From assembly GCA_049972095.1 (NCBI GenBank), contig JBMFKQ010000007.1, forward strand, positions 1 through 51,964: 51,964 bases of DNA, given 5' to 3'. The translations under genes and the position numbers were made by a program. This stretch comes from Elusimicrobiales bacterium (lineage in GTDB: Bacteria > Elusimicrobiota > Elusimicrobia > Elusimicrobiales > UBA9959). A model generated the notes under the pieces. It saw nothing but the letters and a program-made list of their open reading frames with translations, had not been told where the DNA came from and did not search any database. Shown piece after piece: positions 38,255 to 49,200 of the stretch; positions within the stretch are counted from its first letter, which is position 1; each line of letters starts with the position of its first letter.

Positions 38255-41200
38255 CTACTTTATCACTGCCATCTTATGAATACTTCCAATCTTATCTCCA
38301 TTTAAATATGTAACAAGGAAGTATACACCACTTGCAACCTTATTATTCTTATCATTTCTGCCATCCCATTCAGAGTAATAGATATATCCTCCTTCTCTAT
38401 AACCCTCATCCAATGTCCTTACCATCTCTCCAGCTATGTTATATATAACAAACCTTAGATGACCGCTCTTCCCTGAAGGCAAATGATACTTTATTATAGT
38501 TCCTTCAGTATTATAATCTCCTTTATACCATGATCCACCATCTTCGCTTATATTAACAGTTTTTGATTTAAGATTAAAAGGATTAGGGATATTATAAACC
38601 TCAAAAGAGGCTCCGGGATAAGATACCCCTGTTGGTGGTTTAGCAATAAAGACAGCAAATCTACCAGTCTGAGATGATGGAATATCAGCCTGAGGAACAA
38701 ACCTACCACCAGAGATTGCACTCATACCTAATCTCTTTCTTACATATGGATTTAATAGATTGTGATCTGTGGATTCATATGCATTTGATATACTTGCCAC
38801 ATCAACAGATACCGTCCCAAGCATAGGATCAACGGTGTATGTTCCTTTAATCTCCTTCCACTGACCACTTTGCTCATCATACTGATATATCCTCAGATTT
38901 GAGTTATTTCCAATCACCTTTTCTTTATCATACTTAAGTATCAGTGTAAATTCCCTATTAGGCTGCACATTTGAAAGGTTTATATCGTAAATATCAGATG
39001 CCATAATGCTTTTTATAGCATCAATCACTGTTGCATCTCCCTTCGAGGTTCTTGTTGTTCTAATTGTTGGAAGGGATGAGAAAAATCCACCAATGAGTTC
39101 ATTGCCACCAGCCGTTAAAACTCTGATTGCCTTTCCATAACCCTGGCTACTACCATACGCAGTATATGTTGAATGTGTCAGTGAGCCTGCATCAAGCTCA
39201 ATCCCTGTATAGTCATCATTTTCAGAATCAGCATATATACTTCCACCAAGATATATCTGGTCAGTTATGTAATTTTCAACAGATATATCATTCTTAACAT
39301 CATAGAGAACAACTTTCTCAATAACATTAACATCACCTGCTTTAACTCTTATTGTATAGTAATCAGCAAGCATTGAGATGTTAAATCTTGCTGAATAAGT
39401 GTTGTTTGGTAGCAGAACAAGTGAAAGTCTTGTTGCATTTGTCTCATCAAAATTATTAAGGGTATATTTTCCTTTAAGATAATCACATACCGGGGTTGAC
39501 ATCTCCTTCGGACTCTTAATATAGACCTCAATGGTATTCTTGTATCTTCTTAATTTGACATCTATCTGAGGAGGCACATCTATAAAGACAATATCATCAG
39601 CATATGTATATACATTAGATGTTGAAACCTTAACACTCAAGCTCTGTGTCAGTTTTCCGGGATACTTTACAACTATCTTGTATGTTGAACCCCGTTCAAC
39701 TCCTTTTATTTCATAACCTCCCTCATCATCAGTCAAAACCTTTATTGAAGGAACATAGTTTGAACCCTCAGTTATTCTTGACTCATTATAAGCTGTTACC
39801 TCAACACCGCTTCTTACAATGGTTTTTGGAAACTTCGAAAGATAAACCCTACCTCTTATTACACCAAAGCTCGGTTTTAAGATTACATTGTAGGAAAGTT
39901 CATCGTTTCCAAGCGAAAATTTCTTACCTTCAGCCACATATCCATCCTTGAAAACATCCATTTTGTAGAGCCCTATTGGTATATCTTCAAAAACATATTC
40001 ACCACTATCATCAGTATAAACAGTATTTTCATACGCCTTATGAGATATTGATATCCTTGCGCCCTTAACTGGACGAGTTGAACCCTGCACCTCTTCAAAA
40101 ACCTTTACTATTAGCTTTGTTTTTGAAAAGCTCTCCTTATCAAAATCAAGGTCAAAAACTGTATATGTCGAGCTCAACACAATCTCCTTGGAAACAGGGG
40201 GATAATTAGGACTTAAAAAGACTGCAGTATATCTTCCAGTCGGCAGCAAAGGTATAAAGTAGGTTGATGAGCTAATGAAAAGAGAGATAATGGTTTGTGT
40301 GTCTCTTGCCGGGATGGCTGACATAAACGAGTTAAATGATTGGCTACTATCCATAATACAGTGCGAATAAGCTCTTAAATTTCCAGTCTCATCATAGATC
40401 ATAACAGAGGGAATAAGAGAGATAAGATATCCAAGATCTTGCGCAAATACCTTTTCAAAGTCCTTATCTACAGCGATTCTTTTCCCTCTTATCTTACCTG
40501 TAAGGGTAGCCTTACCAAGACTGCCATATATATTGAAATCACTTATAGGATTGCTTTCACTTCCATATGATGGATCCTGAGGATTTCGTTGAATAACCCT
40601 GCCCTTTTCAACACCTATAAAGTTGACAAAACTCCTAAAAGAAGGATTATTGCTGTTACCTTCAGGATCATACCTTGATGCAAGAACAAGATAGACATCG
40701 TATCTTGCCTCATCAAGATATTTTGATTTAAAAAGTGATGTTGTTGTATCATAATCAATAACATATCTTTCAACGCTTCCATCACTGAAAAGAAGATCAT
40801 TGATAGTCTTTCTTTTCATCTCAAAACCACTTGGTACTGCAACTACAGCATAATAATAATCTGTCCGTGGTAGAGATGTTATATTTGGTTTTACCACAAG
40901 GCCTGGGTTGATTCTAAGTTTAACCTCAGTAGTTTTTCCCGCCTCAACAGTTAAACCATCCATAGTTGTGAGAGGATAACCATTAGCTTTAAACACAACA
41001 CTATATCTTCCAGGAACTATGTTAGAGATCTCAAAAACAGGATTTGGATTATTTGAATCAACCCAGAAATCACCGCTGTAGCTAAATTTACCATCACTAG
41101 ATGTTATATAAAATCTTGGCCATTTACACTTCTCAACAAGACACACAGGTATGAATAAAGAGCCATCAGGTTTTACAACTTTTATCTTTAAACTACCAGC

Positions 41201-44200
41201 CCTTGCAAGAACTATATCAGAGCGGATTGTATCTGTTGATCTAAAATCAAAACTATCAAAGATACTTCTCTTTGCCCACCTATCAGATATGAGTTTGAAT
41301 TCATATCTCATGCCGGAAGAAAGATTTACAATATACGATGTAGCACCAGATGTAAGACCATCAGGAAGAGGTATCATTATATGTTTAAGATTGTTACAGT
41401 CTTTGCCTTCTTTACACTCCTCCTGTATAAGAATGGTTGCTGATGTATCTGTAGCTCCAACAACATCATACTTAATATTTAGGTAGAGTGTGGCATTCTC
41501 TTCCAAACTCTCCATTAAATCAAATGTGTAAGGGGCAATACCCATACACATTCCATCTGAATTTAAAATCCACACCTTTCCAGGTTTACAGATGTTATCT
41601 GGAGGATATGATGGTGGAATTGCACCTGCGCTTGATATAACTATTCTTATATCATCAGAGGTTTGCGGTTGATTATCAGCACCGCTGTTTATAATGCGCC
41701 AGAAAGAACCGACATTGTAAAGAGCAATATTACCATCTTTAAGCCCGGTTATGTTAAAATATCCATTTGAATCACTAACAGTATCTGCAGTAATAAAGCT
41801 TACCTCACCAGTGCAATAACCATTGTTATCTAAAGGCAAACAATAGCTATCAGTTCCCCTGAACTTGAACTCTTGCTGATCATACCCTCCAGCACTAATC
41901 TTAAAACCGCTCAAGGGATTTCCTCTATAGGTAAGATAGCCTGATAATGAGTATGTTGCGGGGTTAAGTGAAAATCTTTGATCAGGGTTATTAGCTACAT
42001 CGATCTCTGTAGTTAACCCTATATATCCCTGTTTCTTAATATCTAAACAGATGATATTAAGGTCATTAGGAAGAGCCTGAGGATATATCAAAAACCTTCC
42101 TTGAGGATCAGTGTTTAGAGTAGCAACACTAATCCTTGGCCAGGAATAGCAATTATATGTTGAAATTGACACCGTTGCATTAGGAATGGGATTCTCAGTC
42201 AAGCTATCAACAACCATACCCCTTAATAAAGGCTCTGTTTTTAATTCTTCATAAGAATAACCTGGAGTTGTTGCTGATGAAAAGTCAAGATAAAAAGTCA
42301 TTGTGCTTGGCATTATTGTTGAATAGCTCAAAAGCTCAGGAATTGATATCTCAAGCTTATATTTATCTGGCTCAATAGAAGAAAGATTATAAAAATCAAG
42401 GGTTATCACAGAGCTAGTAGCTTTTGACACAGAAAAGGATACAGCCTCATTGTTGTATGTTATACTTCCAAAAACCTGCATTCCTTTAACAACACTTGAG
42501 ACAACAACAGAGTATTTATAAAAGTTTTCCTGCGATTTAGAAAATGTATATGAAAGGGTTGTTGGTGATGAAAATACACCTATAAACCTTTTATATGGAT
42601 CAAAAAACTGCTGTCTTGTGTTTGGCAAATAGCCTTGAGTGCTTATAGCAATGAAATAAGGCACACCTTTTAATAACTTTGCAGTTAAAACCCCATTATT
42701 ACCAGTCCTAAGACCAAGAACAGATTTTCCGACATCAACCCTTCCTTCCTCAATGGGGATAAAATCAACAGCTGTGTTATTGAGATTATTAGCTGATGTA
42801 TCCTTAAGATTAACACTGACATCAACCCTATTGTCTTTGATTATATCATCAGCCTTGATGAACCTTGCAGTACCCAGATTAGAATAAGGATCATAGCTTT
42901 CTGTAATATAATAAACACTTCCACCGTTCAAATTTATATCAATAAGCCTTGATGTATTGGAATCCGATAGATCCTTAAAAATATTAACATAATCAAGCGT
43001 TTGACTATCCATGACTATCATAAAAGGCAGATATGATGTTAAACCATCATCCCTGTTTATACTTCCTGAAACAAGGATATAATCACCTGCATCTTTGATG
43101 AAATCAAATGTTTCTCTTTTGCCAGGATTTATTATCTTTGAGTCAAATACTTCAAGATTTGAATTAAGCTTTAAAATCATCCCGTAATTATCTGCAAGCG
43201 TTTTAAACTCACCAACCGCATATATATTCCCATCCTTAATCATTATGTCCTTAAACTCACCGGAAACTGTATTACCAAATCCATTCAGAGTAAAAACAGT
43301 CGTTGAAGAAAAACTCTCATCAGTCTTTAAAATAAAGGCAGATCTTGCAGATCTTGTTGATGATGAGATATCATAACTCCCTGCCAGATAAACATAGCCA
43401 CCATAAACATCCATAGCCTTAATCTCTGGTTCAGTTAAAACATCAGAAACAGAGTAAATATTACACTCGTTTAAATCACACACAGCAAATCCATCACCAC
43501 CAGTTATATATCTCTTTCCATTTTTTATATTAAGTTTTAGAGAATCAGGAAGACCAGAAAGTGACGATGTAGAGATAACCCTTGGTATTTCTAAGACATC
43601 TAAACTAAGCTTATTATTACTTATAACTGGATTTAATGTTGCAATAAAAATCTGAAAGCCATCAACTATCTGTGATGAGGCAAGCACCTCTATCTTACCA
43701 GACTCATTAAAAGAAAGATCATAAACAAACCAACCCTTCTTTTCAGCCATATCAGGCCAGTCAAAGTTAAGATCATAAAAATAGCTTGGAGTTTCTGGTG
43801 ATGTTGAAAGCTTTACTATTATGGAAGGTGCACCAACCCTCTGTGTTTCTCCATTACTATTTCTTGACACATTTGGATTTATAAGTCCATATACATCACT
43901 ACCATTTGAATATATTTTATATTCAGCAACCTCTTTTTCTGAAAAAGGGAAGGTTATTTTAACTGTCTTATTAGCATCTCCAAGACTCCCCTCAAAGCCT
44001 TTTAAAACACTAAAACCAAACTCGCCTTCAGCAGGATAACCAAGCGCATCCATACCTCTTGAATCCCGAGCTGAAAATTTGTATTTGTATTCTCCAGATT
44101 GTTCAACAGTAGTGGAAAACGAGAAAAGCATCGGACCTCTATTTGATGGTATGCAATTTGAACTACAAATCATCTCATAAGAGGTATAATTGTTATCATT

Positions 44201-45529
44201 TGGACGCTTTAGATGTATCTTCACATAGGAGGTAGCATCACCATCCATATCATAGTATTCAACATAGAATGTTGCTTTCTGATTGAGAATGAGGACCCTA
44301 CCCTGCTCTATACCCTTTGTGCTTATATAGCTTGATGGAAATGAAAGAATAGGTGGTTTGTTTGATGAAAGATCAAAATTAGAAAATCTTATAGTTCTTA
44401 TATCATTATCACATCCCCAAGATTTACATATGTATGTTTCACCTGTTATATATGCTGTGCTTCCACTTACAGAATAGATCGAAACAATCTTTCTTGGATA
44501 ACTGTTATCAGAAAGATTTGGAGTGTATTCATTCTTCTGTGTAAGGGTAGAAGTGTCAAAAAGAGAAATACGAAAATCAGATACACTGTTAATAGGATTT
44601 ATGACTGACTGAAGGACAAAAACATTAGACTCATCAGCCACCACTCCTTGAAGGCTTCCTTCTGTTATTATATCTGATGATGAAATAAAGCCTGAGAAAT
44701 TAGAGTAATCATATTTGTAGATAATCTTTTTTGGAGATGGAAAAGATTGAGAATAATCCTCAAAAACAGCAAAGATGTTTGAAGAATTTGCAACAAAGTA
44801 AACATTTGAATATGGGGGTATATCATTTAAAGGTTGTATTGTTTGATAGTAAAGACTTGAAATAGATGCAGAAGAGATATAAACATTATCTGAACTTTTA
44901 AGAACTGTATATAAGTCTGTTCCCTTTTTAAATACATCTCTGCCACACTCATAGTCACCAGAAAATGGATAAGATGAAACTGAAAAATCAGTAAGGTTTA
45001 TTTTAGCAAGATATGCGCTTCTGAAACCCTGAACTATCGAATTAACACACGCATACATAGTAGTTTGGTCAATGACCCCAGCCATAAACTCAAGACCACT
45101 ACTTTCACTTTGAAACACAGAGCTTGAAACCATAACAAGATTATCTGTGCTATACTTAACAATTGAAATCTTTGATGGATTAGTATAAAGAGTAGCTGTA
45201 ACAAATATACCTGAGTCTGAACCTACTGAGGTTGAGATAAAAATACGGCTATAATCTCCATTATCATTAAAACCAACTGTGGTAGTTGATATAGCATTTC
45301 CATTCTGATCATACTTTATTATGTATGATGAAGGTGGTTTTGAAACAAGAATGTAGATATAACTCCCATCAGAGGCTATATCTTTTACTGATTCCCAACC
45401 CATTTGACCATAAACAGCCCCAGAGCTAAGTGAAAAGTTTCCATATGAGATACTGTTGGCCGAAGACATTTGAGCATAAGTAGCGAAAGAAACAGCCTTT
45501 AACACCAAAAAGAAAATAACTTTTTTCAT
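38255..45529 (-). CDS. Giant secreted beta-rich surface protein with carboxypeptidase-regulatory-like repeats and a C-terminal FlgD-Ig/T9SS-type sorting domain
   Basis: 2424 aa; signal peptide; propeller-like N-terminal region; TD..G.[YF].[FI]..[IL]..G.Y repeats; C-terminus YNIPNPFN...IYNIAGEMVRTL...WDGRND...VASGVYF...KMAVIK. Confidence 0.8.
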   Translation of the reverse strand: MKKVIFFLVLKAVSFATYAQMSSANSISYGNFSLSSGAVYGQMGWESVKDIASDGSYIYILVSKPPSSYIIKYDQNGNAISTTTVGFNDNGDYSRIFISTSVGSDSGIFVTATLYTNPSKISIVKYSTDNLVMVSSSVFQSESSGLEFMAGVIDQTTMYACVNSIVQGFRSAYLAKINLTDFSVSSYPFSGDYECGRDVFKKGTDLYTVLKSSDNVYISSASISSLYYQTIQPLNDIPPYSNVYFVANSSNIFAVFEDYSQSFPSPKKIIYKYDYSNFSGFISSSDIITEGSLQGVVADESNVFVLQSVINPINSVSDFRISLFDTSTLTQKNEYTPNLSDNSYPRKIVSIYSVSGSTAYITGETYICKSWGCDNDIRTIRFSNFDLSSNKPPILSFPSSYISTKGIEQGRVLILNQKATFYVEYYDMDGDATSYVKIHLKRPNDNNYTSYEMICSSNCIPSNRGPMLFSFSTTVEQSGEYKYKFSARDSRGMDALGYPAEGEFGFSVLKGFEGSLGDANKTVKITFPFSEKEVAEYKIYSNGSDVYGLINPNVSRNSNGETQRVGAPSIIVKLSTSPETPSYFYDLNFDWPDMAEKKGWFVYDLSFNESGKIEVLASSQIVDGFQIFIATLNPVISNNKLSLDVLEIPRVISTSSLSGLPDSLKLNIKNGKRYITGGDGFAVCDLNECNIYSVSDVLTEPEIKAMDVYGGYVYLAGSYDISSSTRSARSAFILKTDESFSSTTVFTLNGFGNTVSGEFKDIMIKDGNIYAVGEFKTLADNYGMILKLNSNLEVFDSKIINPGKRETFDFIKDAGDYILVSGSINRDDGLTSYLPFMIVMDSQTLDYVNIFKDLSDSNTSRLIDINLNGGSVYYITESYDPYSNLGTARFIKADDIIKDNRVDVSVNLKDTSANNLNNTAVDFIPIEEGRVDVGKSVLGLRTGNNGVLTAKLLKGVPYFIAISTQGYLPNTRQQFFDPYKRFIGVFSSPTTLSYTFSKSQENFYKYSVVVSSVVKGMQVFGSITYNNEAVSFSVSKATSSVITLDFYNLSSIEPDKYKLEISIPELLSYSTIMPSTMTFYLDFSSATTPGYSYEELKTEPLLRGMVVDSLTENPIPNATVSISTYNCYSWPRISVATLNTDPQGRFLIYPQALPNDLNIICLDIKKQGYIGLTTEIDVANNPDQRFSLNPATYSLSGYLTYRGNPLSGFKISAGGYDQQEFKFRGTDSYCLPLDNNGYCTGEVSFITADTVSDSNGYFNITGLKDGNIALYNVGSFWRIINSGADNQPQTSDDIRIVISSAGAIPPSYPPDNICKPGKVWILNSDGMCMGIAPYTFDLMESLEENATLYLNIKYDVVGATDTSATILIQEECKEGKDCNNLKHIMIPLPDGLTSGATSYIVNLSSGMRYEFKLISDRWAKRSIFDSFDFRSTDTIRSDIVLARAGSLKIKVVKPDGSLFIPVCLVEKCKWPRFYITSSDGKFSYSGDFWVDSNNPNPVFEISNIVPGRYSVVFKANGYPLTTMDGLTVEAGKTTEVKLRINPGLVVKPNITSLPRTDYYYAVVAVPSGFEMKRKTINDLLFSDGSVERYVIDYDTTTSLFKSKYLDEARYDVYLVLASRYDPEGNSNNPSFRSFVNFIGVEKGRVIQRNPQDPSYGSESNPISDFNIYGSLGKATLTGKIRGKRIAVDKDFEKVFAQDLGYLISLIPSVMIYDETGNLRAYSHCIMDSSQSFNSFMSAIPARDTQTIISLFISSSTYFIPLLPTGRYTAVFLSPNYPPVSKEIVLSSTYTVFDLDFDKESFSKTKLIVKVFEEVQGSTRPVKGARISISHKAYENTVYTDDSGEYVFEDIPIGLYKMDVFKDGYVAEGKKFSLGNDELSYNVILKPSFGVIRGRVYLSKFPKTIVRSGVEVTAYNESRITEGSNYVPSIKVLTDDEGGYEIKGVERGSTYKIVVKYPGKLTQSLSVKVSTSNVYTYADDIVFIDVPPQIDVKLRRYKNTIEVYIKSPKEMSTPVCDYLKGKYTLNNFDETNATRLSLVLLPNNTYSARFNISMLADYYTIRVKAGDVNVIEKVVLYDVKNDISVENYITDQIYLGGSIYADSENDDYTGIELDAGSLTHSTYTAYGSSQGYGKAIRVLTAGGNELIGGFFSSLPTIRTTRTSKGDATVIDAIKSIMASDIYDINLSNVQPNREFTLILKYDKEKVIGNNSNLRIYQYDEQSGQWKEIKGTYTVDPMLGTVSVDVASISNAYESTDHNLLNPYVRKRLGMSAISGGRFVPQADIPSSQTGRFAVFIAKPPTGVSYPGASFEVYNIPNPFNLKSKTVNISEDGGSWYKGDYNTEGTIIKYHLPSGKSGHLRFVIYNIAGEMVRTLDEGYREGGYIYYSEWDGRNDKNNKVASGVYFLVTYLNGDKIGSIHKMAVIK

Positions 45530-45545
45530 AAACCCTCCAATTAGA

Positions 45546-46736
45546 CTAAAATCTTAACTCACATCCAAAAAGAATATTTCCTGATGTATAGTTGTATCTG
45601 TATCCTGCCTCATACTTCATATTTGAATCAACACTCTGATAAGAATAGCTAAGCTTTGTTAAAAGATAATCAGAGATAGGATATGAGAAGGATATCATAT
45701 TAACATAAAAATTTTGATATATTTTTGAAGAAAGATAGCTTCCATTAACATCCTGAGCAAGTCTGCCGGTATAATTAATCCTCTCATATCTAAAAGAGTA
45801 ATCAAAAGCCGCTTTATTTTTAAATTTAAGCCTGAAATATGGAGAAAAATTGATAGAAACATAGCCATAGTAATCATCTATATATTTTGTTCTTGATGCA
45901 TCATATGAATTTTGATTTGAATAAAGATATGACACTCCACTTAAAAAACCTGCATCTATTTTCTTATCAGACTTTGATAGAAGAAAACCAAACTCACCAA
46001 GAAGATCCCTTCTCTTATCTGATTTAAAACCACCCAGTTCATTAACAACACTCTGATCATAAAAACTTCTGTATGTTAAAGCAAAGGAATATGTGATATT
46101 AAGATTTTTAGGAAAAACAGTGTAGTCAAAATAAGCCTTAAAATTTTTTGAATTCAACACATCCTTTCCGGCATTTCTTGAAAGCTCAAGATAGGTTGAT
46201 GTATCAATCGCTGTAGAATACTTATAAATAAGCGACGAATAATTTGGATAGCTAATGGTAAAAAAATCAAAACCCTCAAGATATGTTGCATCAGGTCTTT
46301 CCTGCTCAAACTCAACTCCTATAGAAAATGTTCTATAGTCAAAAAGTCCATTCCCCCAACTCTCATCCTTTGTTTCATTAACATAATTAAGCGAATAAGA
46401 TATCCTTGGTTTTATGTGATTGAAATCCTTAGATTTAACATATTTAACTGAAAAGCTATGCCCCATTCTCTGCCTCACAAGGACATCTCCACCTGCAATC
46501 TCACTCAGATCCTCAATCCCTTTAAAATACCCTAAATACACCGGATATATCACATCCTCATCACCAAGGGTTATAACTGGCGAAAAAGCAAGATCACCAT
46601 TCAAATCAACTGAAGATGAGTCTCCATCAAAATAACTCTTTCCAGCACCAACCCATCCATAGAATTGATTATTCACAGAAGCAATGATATTACTACTAAA
46701 CACAAATACACAAATAAAAAAAAGTATTATATTCAT
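45546..46736 (-). CDS. Outer-membrane beta-barrel protein of unknown function
   Basis: Signal peptide; Tyr/Phe-rich alternating strands; terminal GCELRF. Confidence 0.65.
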   Translation of the reverse strand: MNIILFFICVFVFSSNIIASVNNQFYGWVGAGKSYFDGDSSSVDLNGDLAFSPVITLGDEDVIYPVYLGYFKGIEDLSEIAGGDVLVRQRMGHSFSVKYVKSKDFNHIKPRISYSLNYVNETKDESWGNGLFDYRTFSIGVEFEQERPDATYLEGFDFFTISYPNYSSLIYKYSTAIDTSTYLELSRNAGKDVLNSKNFKAYFDYTVFPKNLNITYSFALTYRSFYDQSVVNELGGFKSDKRRDLLGEFGFLLSKSDKKIDAGFLSGVSYLYSNQNSYDASRTKYIDDYYGYVSINFSPYFRLKFKNKAAFDYSFRYERINYTGRLAQDVNGSYLSSKIYQNFYVNMISFSYPISDYLLTKLSYSYQSVDSNMKYEAGYRYNYTSGNILFGCELRF

Positions 46737-46751
46737 AAATCACTCCTGATT

Positions 46752-48191
46752 TTACTTAACATTTATAATTCCTACATCCTTAAGAAGCTTTGCACTGAAA
46801 ACTATATCTATCTTATCAGAAAACATAGATGAGTTATAAACCCTTTCAAAATTAAGTCTATCAATCACAGATGATTTTTCCTCATTAGCTTTAACACTGA
46901 GATCAGAAGAAGAAACAATCTTACCATTATCAAAGAGAACAAAATCATCAACTCTTATCCATGTCCCATCAGCATAATCATCTCTCTGAACACTATGAAA
47001 GACATTTTCTCCCATTGGATAAGATATATAGGATGATGGCTTTTGTCCAGCCCAGTATGAAAATTCATTTGAATCATACTTTCCGTTATTGTTTAAATCA
47101 TTAAAACTCCAAAGCATTCTTCCCCTTCCTCCATTCTCATTACCCTCGTTTTTCCCCGCTGCATAAAAAGAATAATTCTGGAAAAAATGTGTCCATTTTG
47201 TTGGATTAACCGGATCATCAGGGATCATCCTGCCACCGCTTCCTTCTTCTGTAACCTTATCAACAGTGTTTGATATAATGCTATTTATCTCAGTTAGATA
47301 AATTGATGGAGCAGATCTTCCATAATACTCATTCATAGTTGATGTAACAGAGGTAAGATCCTTAGGTAAAGCAGTATTGAATGTAAAAAGTATCTTACCA
47401 AAATCAAATCTTTTTTCCCTTGTATTTAAAACAACATATTTAAACTGATTTGAAGATGGCCTTGTTATATACTCCTCCAGCCTAACACGATATCCATAAG
47501 CATCTATTGCAGTTTTTCTTGACTGATATTCTGCAGACTGAATCTCTGTTTGTGCTCTTTTTATAACCTCATCCTTTGATATCTCTGAATATATCTCTTT
47601 CTGAAACATAGATCTCCTATCAGGAGAAGATGTCTCAAGATTTGGTGGAGGATTTTTTAAAGGAACAGGATATCCTATCCCTTCACCTTTAACCTCTATC
47701 ATATTTCCTTTGTTGAGCATAAAGCTTCTGTTTTTAAAATCAAACACAGAAACACTGCCTTCATATACCTCAACCCTTGATGATGTTGCATCCACAAGCA
47801 CACCAAAATCAGTCCCTCTAACCCCGCAAACAGCATGTGGTGTTTTTATTGTGTACTCCTTTGAGTATTTTTTAACCCAGTTTCTTATCCTGCCAACAAA
47901 AAGCATCGCTGATATTCCTAAGCTATCTTCTTTCTCAAGCTTGTAATAAGAATTGGGTCCGAGCTTAACTCTTGAGCCATCATCAAAAATTATCTCAACA
48001 CTACTTGCTCTTTCAGTTGTTACTTCATAACCCTCTGAAACAGAAACCCTTTCCTTTTCAATCTTAACCCATCCACCACTTTGAGCTTTGTAATAGACAT
48101 TTCCTTTAGGTGATGAAATGACAGCAGACTCAAGATAACCCCAACAAAACAAACCTAAACAGCAAAAAAGAAAAAAAATCTTTTTTCTCAT
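46752..48191 (-). CDS. Exported FecR-domain protein with an unknown C-terminal region
   Basis: S.VEIIFDDGSRVKLGPNS and IKTPHAVCGVRGTDFGV...VEVYEGSVSV motifs; ATG at 48191 (MRKKIFF signal peptide) after GGGGGA. Confidence 0.8.
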   Translation of the reverse strand: MRKKIFFLFCCLGLFCWGYLESAVISSPKGNVYYKAQSGGWVKIEKERVSVSEGYEVTTERASSVEIIFDDGSRVKLGPNSYYKLEKEDSLGISAMLFVGRIRNWVKKYSKEYTIKTPHAVCGVRGTDFGVLVDATSSRVEVYEGSVSVFDFKNRSFMLNKGNMIEVKGEGIGYPVPLKNPPPNLETSSPDRRSMFQKEIYSEISKDEVIKRAQTEIQSAEYQSRKTAIDAYGYRVRLEEYITRPSSNQFKYVVLNTREKRFDFGKILFTFNTALPKDLTSVTSTMNEYYGRSAPSIYLTEINSIISNTVDKVTEEGSGGRMIPDDPVNPTKWTHFFQNYSFYAAGKNEGNENGGRGRMLWSFNDLNNNGKYDSNEFSYWAGQKPSSYISYPMGENVFHSVQRDDYADGTWIRVDDFVLFDNGKIVSSSDLSVKANEEKSSVIDRLNFERVYNSSMFSDKIDIVFSAKLLKDVGIINVK

Positions 48192-48270
48192 ACATCCCCC
48201 TAAACTAATATTATAATACATTAACATATTTAAAACAGCAAAGTCAATACTTAATTTTGCTACACAAATT

Positions 48271-48822
48271 TCACTCAGTAAGTCTGAGATAAAAAAATAT
48301 TTCAAGAAATATAATCAAAATTAAGGTTTTGTATTCTTTGTTTTTAATAAATGCTTGCAAACTGTAGTTTTTCCAGTCAAATATATCCAAGAGGCTTGAT
48401 ATTTTATTAGGTATAATGCATGGAGTATTTTTTTTATACTCTATATATTCATCACCAAACTTCTCACAAAGTTTTTTTTCCTCCATATTTATTTGATTGA
48501 TATATATATAAATAAAAACCAATGGATATAAAACCCACATAAGAATTGTTTTGAGATTTAAAGAAGAAACCTGAATCATAACACCTATAAAAATAAGAAA
48601 ACTTCCAAGATAAAGGGGATTTCTGCATAAAGAATAAGGTCCTTTGGTTGAAAGAATCTTATTTTTTCTTATACACATAGATGAAGTGAGTCTAAGAATA
48701 ATTCCTGATAAAACAAAGATAAGTCCTAAAATAAAAAGCATTAAATACACAGGTTTAAAAAAAAGAACAAGCACTATCAAAAATACCTCTGTTATAAAAA
48801 TCCTTTTCTTTGCGATAGACAT
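48271..48822 (-). CDS. Isoprenylcysteine carboxyl-methyltransferase/PEMT family membrane protein
   Basis: LSTKGPYSLCRNPLYLG, EEKKLCEKFGDEYIEYKKNTP. Confidence 0.85.
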   Translation of the reverse strand: MSIAKKRIFITEVFLIVLVLFFKPVYLMLFILGLIFVLSGIILRLTSSMCIRKNKILSTKGPYSLCRNPLYLGSFLIFIGVMIQVSSLNLKTILMWVLYPLVFIYIYINQINMEEKKLCEKFGDEYIEYKKNTPCIIPNKISSLLDIFDWKNYSLQAFIKNKEYKTLILIIFLEIFFYLRLTE

Positions 48823-49200
48823 ATATTTCTCATTTTACATTATTTAAAGATAAAAATGGCATTAGGCATCAATTATTATTAGAAGAGTAATAAAATTCTA
48901 ATTTTACTATCTATTTTCAAGTCCTAAAGACAAAGCCAAAATGTTGAGCTAATTCTATAAAGAAAAACAGGAAGTTGCGATATCAGATAAACTTCAATCA
49001 TACCACTTAAATTCAAAAATGAAATTTATCATCTAACAAAAACAAAATAACGTGTTATGGAATAAGAGTAATGACAGTTAAATAAGGTGATGGAATGTTT
49101 ACAGATATACAAACCCGCTGTCTATAAACTTACTCAATCAAAGGATATATTTTCCTATCATTAAGAAGTTCCAATTTAAAAAAGATATAATAGATTAATA

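Noticed and set aside
48192..48305. N-terminal extension of the FecR protein given by the ORF track
   Set aside because: It overlaps the upstream gene, and the SD and signal peptide point to ATG 48191
48823..49200. ncRNA, CRISPR array or att site in the intergenic gap before the helicase
   Set aside because: No repeats, stable hairpins or convincing ORF found by eye
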